Source: a virus
Lineage: Duplodnaviria; Caudoviricetes
Virus record (IMG/VR): IMGVR_UViG_3300020045_002718
Coordinates: 1 to 47,792 of that record
DNA: 47,792 bases
Strand: one strand, 5' to 3'
Part shown: positions 1 through 8,543 of the stretch, piece by piece
Position numbering within the stretch: the first letter of the stretch is position 1
Layout: each line of letters opens with the position of its first letter
Notes under the pieces: model-generated
Told to the model about the DNA's origin: nothing
Databases searched by the model: none
The model's input: only the letters and a program-made list of their open reading frames with translations
Translations under genes and position numbers: made by a program

Positions 1-35
1 AGATGTTAGCTAGTCTCAAGAAGTAGCAGGTAGGA

Positions 36-85
36 TACGGGGTAGGCTTGTATAGCTACCTCGTATTCGTGTTTTCATTCCTTTT
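36..85 (+). terminator. Hairpin followed by T-rich tract (putative intrinsic terminator)
   Basis: ATACGGGGTAG/CTACCTCGTAT 11-bp stem (one G-U) followed by TCGTGTTTTCATTCCTTTTT. Confidence 0.4.
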
Positions 86-122
86 TATCTCATACTAGAA
101 TATAGCATAGGAGTATACTGCC

Positions 123-326
123 ATGATGACTAAGCATAATTTTAAAGAGTTTGCGAAAGCAATCAAGGCAATCCCAAATGTGTACTGGCGTGTAGGTACT
201 GCCAAGCTAGTTGCAGACGTTTGCCAAGCAGATAATGATAAGTTTGATAGAGCTAGATTCCTGAGAGCGTGCAACGCTACAGAGATTACAGAGAGGAGAG
301 GGAATTACAATGACTGCAACGGATAA
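123..326 (+). CDS. Hypothetical early protein
   Basis: ORF with AGGAG RBS, first gene of a tightly packed + strand array. Confidence 0.65.
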   Translation: MMTKHNFKEFAKAIKAIPNVYWRVGTAKLVADVCQADNDKFDRARFLRACNATEITERRGNYNDCNG

Positions 327-561
327 AGCTAATATGCTTATAGAGGAGTTTAGTAAGGATACGGATATTGTGGAGTTTGTGAAGAGGACAGAGGGAAGGA
401 TTGCTACGACGAAAGGGCACTATGGAGAGTATATGCACTTTCTATCCCCGTATACAGGTAAGGATCCTATCTATCTGTATATACTGAGTCAGGCTCTTAT
501 CAAGGCGGGGGCAGATAGTTACGGCGTGGCGTGGGCAGTTAGGATACTGAAAGGGGAGTAG
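310..561 (+). CDS. Hypothetical early protein
   Basis: ORF with GAGGG RBS overlapping the previous stop. Confidence 0.65.
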   Translation: MTATDKANMLIEEFSKDTDIVEFVKRTEGRIATTKGHYGEYMHFLSPYTGKDPIYLYILSQALIKAGADSYGVAWAVRILKGE

Positions 562-563
562 CT

Positions 564-731
564 ATGGGAAAGACTAAGAATATACGCAATATGTCAAGTG
601 ATGAGTTAATAAAGCTACATGGTAAGCTAACTCTTGCTATAGACAAGATACTAGGTAAGAGATATAGATTGCTGACTGGAATACTTGATGTAGAGCGTGA
701 GCTTACTCTTAGGGAGACTCAAAATGGGTAG
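564..731 (+). CDS. Small hypothetical protein (55 aa, not in ORF track)
   Basis: ATG at 564 after GGAG; reads MGKTKNIRNMSSDELIKLHGKL...TLRETQNG* and fills the gap between neighbours. Confidence 0.55.
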   Translation: MGKTKNIRNMSSDELIKLHGKLTLAIDKILGKRYRLLTGILDVERELTLRETQNG

Positions 732-1080
732 GTATGTTACGGGAGATTTTGAGTATAAGTTCTGGTTTGGGGTACAGTCGTCTAGTGATATTACAGAGTT
801 TGGTGGTAGCGATTGTGATAGTGGACAGATTAACTGGCAGTGGACTAAGGAAGAGTTACCAGAGATAGTTGCTAAGGTTAAGACACTCAAGACGGAGTTT
901 AAGGAGAGTTATCATACTAGCTTTGCAGAGTACATGAAGGGGATAGAGGAAACACACGTCATACCGATTGAGGACACGGCTAAGGGGAGACTAGCTAGTA
1001 AGATAGACTTAGGAGAGCATATTATTAAGGCACTAAGAGACTCTGAGAATGACTATATCTGCGTTGAGGCAGAGGTCTAG
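724..1080 (+). CDS. Hypothetical phage protein (MGRYVTGDFEYKFWFGVQSS...)
   Basis: Probable start ATG 724 with GGAG RBS, within track ORF 697..1080. Confidence 0.65.
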   Translation: MGRYVTGDFEYKFWFGVQSSSDITEFGGSDCDSGQINWQWTKEELPEIVAKVKTLKTEFKESYHTSFAEYMKGIEETHVIPIEDTAKGRLASKIDLGEHIIKALRDSENDYICVEAEV

Positions 1081-1106
1081 TATAGGACAAAACAAGGAGA
1101 GCTAAC

Positions 1107-1352
1107 ATGAGCAAAGAGTCAAGAGAGCGAGTTGAGCAGGCTAAGTCGTCGAAGCAGGGGACTATCACTATTACGATACTAACCCCTATGACCCCATTCT
1201 ACCATGAAGCGGTAGAGAAGGAAATAGTAGATACACTGAATGAGTTAGGTATAGCTAGTACAGTGTATTCTGCTATCACTAATAACCTGCATACAACTAA
1301 GGAGATAACAGCTAATGAAGAAAATGATTATAGACTGCCATATAGAGTTTGA
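1107..1352 (+). CDS. Hypothetical protein
   Basis: AAGGAG RBS, packed array. Confidence 0.6.
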   Translation: MSKESRERVEQAKSSKQGTITITILTPMTPFYHEAVEKEIVDTLNELGIASTVYSAITNNLHTTKEITANEENDYRLPYRV

Positions 1353-1539
1353 GGTAGAGGCAGATACAAAAGAGGACGCAATAGGGATATTTAAGCGGGA
1401 AGTGATAGAGCATATCACAGAAGGGGGAGATTTAGGAGATATTGCTAATATCTCTGCTGAAGTAGTTACAGAGGTTTCTGCAACGGAAGCACAGACAACG
1501 GTAGCAGAAGGCTCTGACAAACATGACACAGCAATCTGA
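1315..1539 (+). CDS. Acidic hypothetical protein
   Basis: AGGAG upstream; FEVEADTKEDAI-type small phage protein. Confidence 0.6.
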   Translation: MKKMIIDCHIEFEVEADTKEDAIGIFKREVIEHITEGGDLGDIANISAEVVTEVSATEAQTTVAEGSDKHDTAI

Positions 1540-1747
1540 GGCGGTTACGGTATACCCATCATGGGTAAGACAGATTACTGGGTTAGTAGGTGATAGACCT
1601 CATCAGGTTATTAGGGTTACTGAACTCACACAGCAAGAGGCACACTGTATTGCAAGGGCTATCAAGTACAGTATGGCTAAGTATGGGACAGTTAAGATTA
1701 GCCATGAGTGTCTTAAGGATCACCTAAGGACTATGGTGGGTAGGTAG
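1523..1747 (+). CDS. Hypothetical protein
   Basis: Overlaps the previous stop, same strand. Confidence 0.5.
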   Translation: MTQQSEAVTVYPSWVRQITGLVGDRPHQVIRVTELTQQEAHCIARAIKYSMAKYGTVKISHECLKDHLRTMVGR

Positions 1748-1770
1748 TAAGTAGTAAGTGCTGTAGTCAA

Positions 1771-1913
1771 ACGTACTCTGGGAAGCTGTAATATTGCTGT
1801 CCGTACCAAGTTGTTATGAACTCGCTGTATGGGAATTGTAGTATACAATCTACCTATGCTGAGTTGGACTCACAAGCGTACATTCACAGTAGTATTCCCC
1901 TCTCAGAGTACGT
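1771..1913 (+). ncRNA. Candidate structured intergenic RNA (multi-stem junction)
   Basis: 13-bp closing stem 1771-1783/1901-1913, 11-bp inner stem 1790-1800/1886-1896, three internal hairpins; G-U pairs work on the + strand. Confidence 0.5.
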
Positions 1914-2101
1914 CGGTATCATACACATATAACTAGATAGGTGGGCGGCGAGAGTACTGGAGTGGGCAGGTACACTGATAGAGTGGATATTTATACTAGG
2001 TACGTATATGGTCGTAATGTTCAGTAATGCTGTAATACTATTTGTTGTTTTAGGGTTGGTGGATTGGTTGTGTAGGGGTAGAATACAAGGAGAGAAAAGA
2101 C

Positions 2102-2347
2102 ATGGACAAGGTGGTCGTAGGTCGATTTACAAGGAATCAGAATGAGAGTATTGTTGTGTCAAGGGGGTCGTATAAGGATAAGGTGTATGTAGATATGAGG
2201 GTGTACTTTAAGAGTGAGGTAGAGGGAGAGTTCACACCTACAAAGAAGGGGCTAACTATTCAGATAGAGTTAGTGCCACAGTTAGTAGGGTTACTCAACA
2301 AGGTAATGATACAGCAAGTAATGGAGATGGGACACAATGGACGCTAA
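2102..2347 (+). CDS. PC4/YdbC-family ssDNA-binding protein
   Basis: Signature YKDKVYVDMRVYF...FTPTKKGLTI. Confidence 0.85.
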   Translation: MDKVVVGRFTRNQNESIVVSRGSYKDKVYVDMRVYFKSEVEGEFTPTKKGLTIQIELVPQLVGLLNKVMIQQVMEMGHNGR

Positions 2348-2570
2348 GGAGTATTTCAAAGATGAGTTTGGTGAGGATAGTTTTCCTGCAGGGAAGTCTC
2401 CACACTTAAGTGAGAGGTATCTGTGTAGCTGTGGCGGGCATACTAAGTTACTTGCTGCCATAGATGACCCTAAGAAAGAGGATGTGTTTACTGCCACAGC
2501 TAGTTGTGAGGAGTGTCATCAGTTATATCTGGTGTTAGTGAATAAGAGAGACTTAGGAAGGATACCATGA
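2337..2570 (+). CDS. Small Zn-ribbon protein
   Basis: CSCGG...CEEC. Confidence 0.6.
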   Translation: MDAKEYFKDEFGEDSFPAGKSPHLSERYLCSCGGHTKLLAAIDDPKKEDVFTATASCEECHQLYLVLVNKRDLGRIP

Positions 2571-3097
2571 GTCAGACTGTGAGTACTTCGACTACAGGGA
2601 GAGTAGATAGGATAAAAGAGTGTGATATTGTCAAGATGTTGGTAGGTGGGTATATGGTTGCAGAGGGGACTATTGGGATTGTTAGAGAGCATAGGACGGA
2701 TGGAGTGTATGTATCATGGTATGTTAATGGACAGGCTTCACATATAACTGTACCTAACTTTACATTGAGAAGGGTAAAGTTACTCAAGGTTGAGAGATGG
2801 TGGAATCTATTTAGGGGTAATGAGGTGTTGATTGCGAAGATACTAAATAGGTGGGGTATATCCAGTATAAGAGTGGATACTGATACACGGGATGATGAAG
2901 TGGGTAAGTTAAAGTATACCGTTGAGCAAGAGACAGGAACTACACACACTAGATTTGTTAAGAGTTACTCTGAAGCACTGCACTTTGCTATGGAATTAGG
3001 GTTTCTGCTTAGGGTGGACTTGGAACCTATAAAGACTGAGAAGATATTTCTGCAGTCAGAGTTGGGTAGGATGAAGGAAGAGGTTAGGGCACTCTAG
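2567..3097 (+). CDS. Hypothetical protein with a possible SH3-like (DUF4314-like) N-terminal domain
   Basis: ATGA overlap; EGTIGIV...DGVYVSW pattern; domain call is tentative. Confidence 0.55.
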   Translation: MSQTVSTSTTGRVDRIKECDIVKMLVGGYMVAEGTIGIVREHRTDGVYVSWYVNGQASHITVPNFTLRRVKLLKVERWWNLFRGNEVLIAKILNRWGISSIRVDTDTRDDEVGKLKYTVEQETGTTHTRFVKSYSEALHFAMELGFLLRVDLEPIKTEKIFLQSELGRMKEEVRAL

Positions 3098-3174
3098 GAT
3101 CCTAAGTTATTCTAAGTCAGTAAGTCGTACAGAGCATTGAAATTAACTATCAACTTTGAGGGGGGTGATTACAA

Positions 3175-3405
3175 GTGGAGAATTCTACTACAAATAACAT
3201 TACTGTGCGTGTGCTTCCACCGAACAGTAGGGCATTAGAGGTTACTGTGCCGGAAGGTAGTACAGTAGCTGATGTGCTTAGAGCAGGTGCGGTTAGCTTG
3301 CAGAAGGCACAGGCAATTAGGGTAGGTGGTGAGTCGGTTGGTCTTGACAGTCCTGTCATGCACAATCAGACACTCACTATTGCGCCTGAAGTGGTTGGTG
3401 GTTAA
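3175..3405 (+). CDS. Ubiquitin-like (beta-grasp) protein with C-terminal Gly-Gly
   Basis: 76 aa; ITVRV...EVTVPEGSTVADVL...IRVGG...LTIAPEVVGG-stop; GAGGGGG RBS before GTG. Confidence 0.9.
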   Translation: MENSTTNNITVRVLPPNSRALEVTVPEGSTVADVLRAGAVSLQKAQAIRVGGESVGLDSPVMHNQTLTIAPEVVGG

Positions 3406-3449
3406 TTCATGCTGAAGGAAGTGCAATACTAGCGTGGTAGCTACCAGTG

Positions 3450-3479
3450 GGGGGTAGGTGGGGATTCCTGCCTATCCCC
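3450..3479 (+). promoter_or_regulatory. Intergenic hairpin between the Ubl and E2 genes
   Basis: GGGGGTAGGTGGG-GATT-CCTGCCTATCCCC, 13-bp stem with G-U pairs, no poly-U tail. Confidence 0.5.
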
Positions 3480-3516
3480 TACACTTTACAGAGAGAGTAT
3501 ACACAGAGAGGATAAG

Positions 3517-4545
3517 ATGAGTAGTGTACCTAAGGTAGTTGAGTGGGATAGGGATATGGGTGTGGAAGGGTTGCAGACTATTGTTAAGAGAATTAAGGTA
3601 GGGATTAAACGGAGTCATTATAATTGGGTTAATAACAAGACAAAAGAGTTAAGGAATGTGTGTGTCTCTCAGAGTAATGCACAGCAGGTTATATATAACT
3701 TAGATAGGTTTAAGAAGGAGATTACAGCTAAGAGAGAGGAGTTTGGTGATTTGGTATTGTTAGATGATACAGATGTGCTAAAGCAGGCGGCGAGTAAGTT
3801 TGCTAGGATCACCATACAGGGAGCTGAGGCTAGGGCGGACTTAGGGGAGTTGAATATAACATATAGGGGAACTACGTACAGGATAGGGCAGTTTCAGTTG
3901 GTTGTGAGTACTGGGAATGGTAGGATTAGGGCATTTAATCTTAACTCACCAGTAGAGGCTAGTGGACTAGCTCATCCACATGTGCAAGGTAGTGGGAATA
4001 TATGCTTTGGAACTTGGAGAGATTATATTACTAGGTTACTGCAGAAGAAGTATAACTGGTTAAGAGTGATGGTAATGACTGCAGAGTTTCTGAGAGGGTA
4101 TACACCTGAAGGGGGGCCGTATATTAGGTTGGCTAAGGGATGGAGGAATAGGGTGGTGAATGGGGAACAGTTGTGTACAGAGTGTGAAAAGGGGGGTGCG
4201 GAATGTGGCTGTAATAGGTGTAGGAATTGTAGGCAGTTTGCTAATCAGTGTACTTGTCAGGTGTGCCCTAAGACAGGGGATAGTTTGGAACATAAGCCGG
4301 ATACGGACTATTGTGTTGGGTGTAGGCACTATTGGGAGAATGTGGATAGTGAGAATGAGACTTGCGTGTATCCTATAAGTGCGGTGGAGTTTGGTAGGAG
4401 TAGAATGACTGAGGCGACTCGTATAGAGGCTGAACAAAGAAGGCGTCAGCAAGCACTCAGAGAGCAAGAATTGGAAGTATTTAGAGAAGAGGCAGAGGCA
4501 ATAAGGGCACGGCAAAGTCAAGCAGAGAGGAGAGAAAATGTATGA
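3517..4545 (+). CDS. E2 (ubiquitin-conjugating-like) enzyme with Cys-rich C-terminal domain
   Basis: AHPHVQGSGNICFG matches the E2 HPN(I)...ICL active-site motif (Cys codon 4003-4005); 12 Cys in the C-terminal region; lies between Ubl and JAB genes. Confidence 0.8.
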   Translation: MSSVPKVVEWDRDMGVEGLQTIVKRIKVGIKRSHYNWVNNKTKELRNVCVSQSNAQQVIYNLDRFKKEITAKREEFGDLVLLDDTDVLKQAASKFARITIQGAEARADLGELNITYRGTTYRIGQFQLVVSTGNGRIRAFNLNSPVEASGLAHPHVQGSGNICFGTWRDYITRLLQKKYNWLRVMVMTAEFLRGYTPEGGPYIRLAKGWRNRVVNGEQLCTECEKGGAECGCNRCRNCRQFANQCTCQVCPKTGDSLEHKPDTDYCVGCRHYWENVDSENETCVYPISAVEFGRSRMTEATRIEAEQRRRQQALREQELEVFREEAEAIRARQSQAERRENV

Positions 4546-5549
4546 GATGGAAAATGACGGATTCAGAGAAGGTGGAGGTCAAGGTGGATGATATTGGGTT
4601 GAAGGTGGAGATGACGGAGAGGATTTATGCTAGGTTACAGGGGTATGTGGATGAGGCTGGTGGTGAGATTAGTGGGATGGGGGAGATTGTTAGGGATGGG
4701 GATACGTTTAGGGTTACAGAGGTGTATTTGTTAGAGCAGGAGTGTAGCGGGGCAGATACTCACTTAGAGGCTATGTCGATTGCGAAGTTGAGAGAGGAGT
4801 TAGATAAACAAGGGAAGGCACAGGATGGGTTTAAGTTGTGGTGGCACTCTCATGCAAATATGGGTGTGTTTTGGAGTGGGACGGATAATGCTACGGCAGA
4901 GATGTTGGTAAGTGATTCAGATTGGATGGTGTCTATAGTGATGAATAAGGAGGGTGAGATACTGGCTAGGTTGGATATTACGACACCGTTTAAGCTTACT
5001 GTAAATAAGTTACCTGTGTATGTGGTTACTGAAGGAGTGGTGGACTCTGAAGATATTAAGAAAGAGGTAGCAGATAAAGTTAAGGGGAGAGGGGTGGGGT
5101 TTGGGTATACGCCGCCGTCTATGCCGAGTACGTATCCTAGTGTGTTTGATTCAGAGCCTACACTAGAGGGATATCCTAGTGAGTTTCTGCCGACGAAGTA
5201 CTCAAATGTAAATGAGTTAGGGGATGGGATTAAGAGGGTGGATGCAAGTACACCTGCTGCGAGAGGGGAAGCGTACTGGCAAGGGTTGACAAAGAAGGAG
5301 AAGAAGAGAGTTAGGAAGTATCTCAAGGTGTCTGACCCTTTCTGTTTGTTTAATATGTGTGCTAGTTGTCAAGCACAAGGGTATACATTTTGGAATAATG
5401 CTGAGCATGAGATGATTTGTTTGGCGTGTATTGAGGAGATACTGGAGATGTCTAAGGATGGGCATAGTCATCTGAATGATGATGTACCGCCTAGTGGGTA
5501 TCGACCAGAGAGAATGAGAGGGGATGTAGACAATGGCACTAGCAAATAG
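4542..5549 (+). CDS. JAB/MPN+ (JAMM) metallo-isopeptidase with C-terminal Zn finger
   Basis: GGEISG (catalytic Glu) and WWHSHANMGVFWSGTD (HxH-x7-S-x2-D); CASC...CLAC. Confidence 0.9.
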   Translation: MRWKMTDSEKVEVKVDDIGLKVEMTERIYARLQGYVDEAGGEISGMGEIVRDGDTFRVTEVYLLEQECSGADTHLEAMSIAKLREELDKQGKAQDGFKLWWHSHANMGVFWSGTDNATAEMLVSDSDWMVSIVMNKEGEILARLDITTPFKLTVNKLPVYVVTEGVVDSEDIKKEVADKVKGRGVGFGYTPPSMPSTYPSVFDSEPTLEGYPSEFLPTKYSNVNELGDGIKRVDASTPAARGEAYWQGLTKKEKKRVRKYLKVSDPFCLFNMCASCQAQGYTFWNNAEHEMICLACIEEILEMSKDGHSHLNDDVPPSGYRPERMRGDVDNGTSK

Positions 5550-6198
5550 TGATATGTACCTAAGGCAGAGGGCGATATTCGATTCTAGCCTATCTACAAC
5601 GCCAATAGCAGTGGTTGGGGCGGGGAGTCTAGGGAGTTGGGTTGTGCTGGGGTTGGCTAAGTTGGGGTTCTCGAATATTACTGTGTATGATGATGACAAG
5701 GTGGAGTTACATAATGTACCGAATCAGGTATTTGGAGTAGATGACCAAGATAGTTATAAGGTTAATGCACTGGCTATGAGGGTAGTGAATCTTACCGGAG
5801 TACCTATTACACCTATAGTTCACAGGTTTGAGAGACAGGCTGTTACGCCGATAATGATAGTAACACCGGATAATATGGCTACTAGGTTACAGGTGGCTAA
5901 GAGGGTTCAAGACAACACGATAGTTAATGCATTTATAGATGGTAGAATGGGTGGACAGGACTTCAGGGTGTACTGCATAGATCCTAAGGATAGGTTACAG
6001 TATGATAAGTATATAAGGAGTTGGTACTTTGATGAGGCAGGCAGTACAGAGGAGTGTACTGCTAGAGGGGTTGGATATAATGCAGTCATGTGTAGTATGT
6101 GGATTGTTAATATGGTTAAGAGTGTGGTGATGGGAGAGCCAAGACCGTTTGAGATTATTCAGAATAGTAAGGGGTATTGGAATCAGGTGAGTTGGTAG
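5533..6198 (+). CDS. ThiF/E1-like Ubl-activating adenylyltransferase
   Basis: YLRQ, VVGAGSLGS, DDDKVELHNVPNQ, TPDN, DGR; candidate catalytic Cys in STEECTARG. Confidence 0.92.
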   Translation: MALANSDMYLRQRAIFDSSLSTTPIAVVGAGSLGSWVVLGLAKLGFSNITVYDDDKVELHNVPNQVFGVDDQDSYKVNALAMRVVNLTGVPITPIVHRFERQAVTPIMIVTPDNMATRLQVAKRVQDNTIVNAFIDGRMGGQDFRVYCIDPKDRLQYDKYIRSWYFDEAGSTEECTARGVGYNAVMCSMWIVNMVKSVVMGEPRPFEIIQNSKGYWNQVSW

Positions 6199-6420
6199 GC
6201 AGCCTACCTAGCTTCTAAAGAGAGGGGAACATGAAAAAACATGAACACGAATTTACGATAACAGATTTTTTTCTAGGAACCCAAAATAATATCGCCGTCG
6301 CTCGAACAGAGTGTAACTGTGGAAAAAAGTCTTGGGAAGAAATGATACGGCTTGAGATGGATTAAATAACCCCTTTTGAAAGTGGAGTGAACGTAATTAA
6401 CAACAACTAAGGAGAAAACG

Positions 6421-6774
6421 ATGAGAGTGTTTAGCAAGTCAGATACAACTAAGTTAGTAAATTCGTTTGGGAAAAGTAAGTACATGGAGTTAGTCAGGGA
6501 TGCCGCGATTTTGAAACAAGGGCAATCTTTAGGAATAGAACTTGGGAAAGACAAACTTTCAAATGGTGAGATCGTTACTTGTGTTGCGCTTGATAGCGTG
6601 AAACGATTGATTAAAGATTTAAACCTTCCGTTGAGAGTTTTCACAAGAGTATCCTTTAGGCACAAAGGAATTACGAAAAGCAGAAATGTGATAATGATAA
6701 TTGAGAAAAGGTTATCATTAAATTCAAAGTCAGCTTATCCAACACATAATAGATTTGAATTGATTAAGAATTAA
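6421..6774 (+). CDS. Hypothetical basic protein
   Basis: AAGGAG RBS; flanked by a 14-bp direct repeat. Confidence 0.6.
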   Translation: MRVFSKSDTTKLVNSFGKSKYMELVRDAAILKQGQSLGIELGKDKLSNGEIVTCVALDSVKRLIKDLNLPLRVFTRVSFRHKGITKSRNVIMIIEKRLSLNSKSAYPTHNRFELIKN

Positions 6775-7201
6775 CCCGTTCTTTTGAAAGTGGATGGCTC
6801 GTGATGAAAATATCCACCCGTACATTCGGGTTTGTAGGTATACGATGAAGTTTGGGTACCTGCCGAGCCGTCTACAATAACTTATTGGGTGGTAACAGAG
6901 CGTAAAGGCGTAAACCCTACGTGGCTAATTACTCGGAGTGGAGGCATCCACATAAGAGTAAGAAAGCTTGAAGAGGGCTTATTCATATCGGCAGAAATGG
7001 GTGATACTAGTATATTCCCTACCTGTTGCCATCCACCAATAACTTAGGAGAATAAAATGAAACGAAAACCATTTAAGATTACTGTCAAAAAGAAAGATTG
7101 GGTTTTGACAGACGGCTCTACTTGCTGGCACATAGCGAATTGCTATATACAGAAAAAGCATGATTACAGCCAATGTGAGAAGTTTAAAACCCCTATATTG
7201 A

Positions 7202-7543
7202 TTGAATGGGAGAAATAAAATGCCACTCGACCCGAAAGAGATATCTGAGAATATATTAAAATGGTTGAACTCTGTGGATGGCGACACTGTTTCAATCGAC
7301 ACTTCTTATCCGCTTGATTTGCATGGGAATCCAAAGGCAGTTTCTTATGTTGAAACAACGCTAGTATCTAAGATTGAAAAAGCCCTCCTCGAAGCAGAGA
7401 AGCAAGGCTATAACAGGGGGGTGGAAGATGCGGCGAAGGTGGCTGAAGGATTAGCACAACCGTATAAGGGAACTCCTTGGCGAGAACGGCATAAAGAATG
7501 GAATGAAATTGCTTCTGAAATCCGCTCCTTGAGGAAATCGTGA
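7202..7543 (+). CDS. Hypothetical phage protein
   Basis: C-terminal GYNRGVEDAAKVAE...IASEIRSL pattern common in small phage ORFs; start probably ATG 7220. Confidence 0.6.
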   Translation: MNGRNKMPLDPKEISENILKWLNSVDGDTVSIDTSYPLDLHGNPKAVSYVETTLVSKIEKALLEAEKQGYNRGVEDAAKVAEGLAQPYKGTPWRERHKEWNEIASEIRSLRKS

Positions 7544-7970
7544 TGATTAAACCAGTTAGTGATTGTTGTCAAGCAGATATTAAAATAAATGACGGTCAAT
7601 CTGTCACTCGATACTACATTTGCACAAAGTGTGATAAACCCTGTGACCAACTTGATGAAGGAAAACATCCAGCCATGACACCCACACCAGATGAATTGAA
7701 GGAGTCGAAATGAGCAGATGTCCACATTTGAAAGATTGTCAAGATTGTTCTGATCGCATCGAAAAGGAAACGGCGGGGTTGAAATCAGAGTTTGATGCAT
7801 TGGGAAAAGAGAACGATTGTTTAAGACTTTCTACCCATTGTTCCTTCTGTGACTTTGCGACTCCAATTGATGTTGATTCTGAGATTATCGCTAAGAAGTA
7901 AACAGGATTGGGAAGCCGCAATGAGAAAAGCTGAACAAGCCCTTGAATCCAACCCAAAGGAGAGTGGGAA

Positions 7971-8177
7971 ATGAGTAAGATAAACGAATTAGAAGAATTG
8001 ATAGAAAATAAAAATGAGGCACTTAAATCTGCAATCAAGGTAATTCAAATTCTTTCAGAAGAATGCACAGAGAAAACGTGTGATGTGACTTCTGAGCCAC
8101 CATATCATTGGAGAGGGTGCTCAAAACAAATTACGCCCCTCTTAGAAAATCTTAATTTTGTGATGGAATCCAAATGA
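7971..8177 (+). CDS. Hypothetical protein
   Basis: AAGGAG RBS. Confidence 0.55.
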   Translation: MSKINELEELIENKNEALKSAIKVIQILSEECTEKTCDVTSEPPYHWRGCSKQITPLLENLNFVMESK

Positions 8178-8330
8178 CCAACCGTGAGATAGCGAGTGCG
8201 GTGATAGCAAAATTCTGCAGGGAAAGTAAATCATTAAGGAATGGCGTTGAACTTCTTACTGACTTATTCACCGAAGCCCTCGACAAAAAAGACGCTGAAT
8301 CCAACCCAGTTGAATCGAAGCAGGTGGATG

Positions 8331-8543
8331 ATGAATAAATTAACTTGGCAACAAACAGCCGTCCTTGAGTATCTAAAGAATAAAGATTGGACTTCTCCGA
8401 CCGAGATAGGTGGAATGGTTTGGGGCGGTCATCACCATTCATCAACAGCAAGCCCAGTATGCAAAAGATTGGTCGAGAAAGGTTTGCTTGAACGAAATAA
8501 AAGAGGTCACTATATGCTCAAAGCCAGAGTCACAGAGGGGTGA
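8331..8543 (+). CDS. Winged helix-turn-helix protein
   Basis: LTWQQTAVLEYL...SPTEIG...VCKRLVEKGLLER...GHY; probable start within track ORF 8241..8543. Confidence 0.7.
   Translation: MNKLTWQQTAVLEYLKNKDWTSPTEIGGMVWGGHHHSSTASPVCKRLVEKGLLERNKRGHYMLKARVTEG

Noticed and set aside
3175-5549. Lambda-type tail-tip Ubl (gpI) / JAB-NlpC (gpK) module
   Set aside because: It is on the early arm, lacks NlpC/P60 and gpJ/gpL neighbours, and the tail genes are podovirus-like.
5533-6198. ThiF plus ThiS/MoaD as thiamine or molybdopterin auxiliary metabolic genes
   Set aside because: No ThiG, MoaE, rhodanese or desulfurase is present; the intervening E2 and JAB genes point to conjugation.
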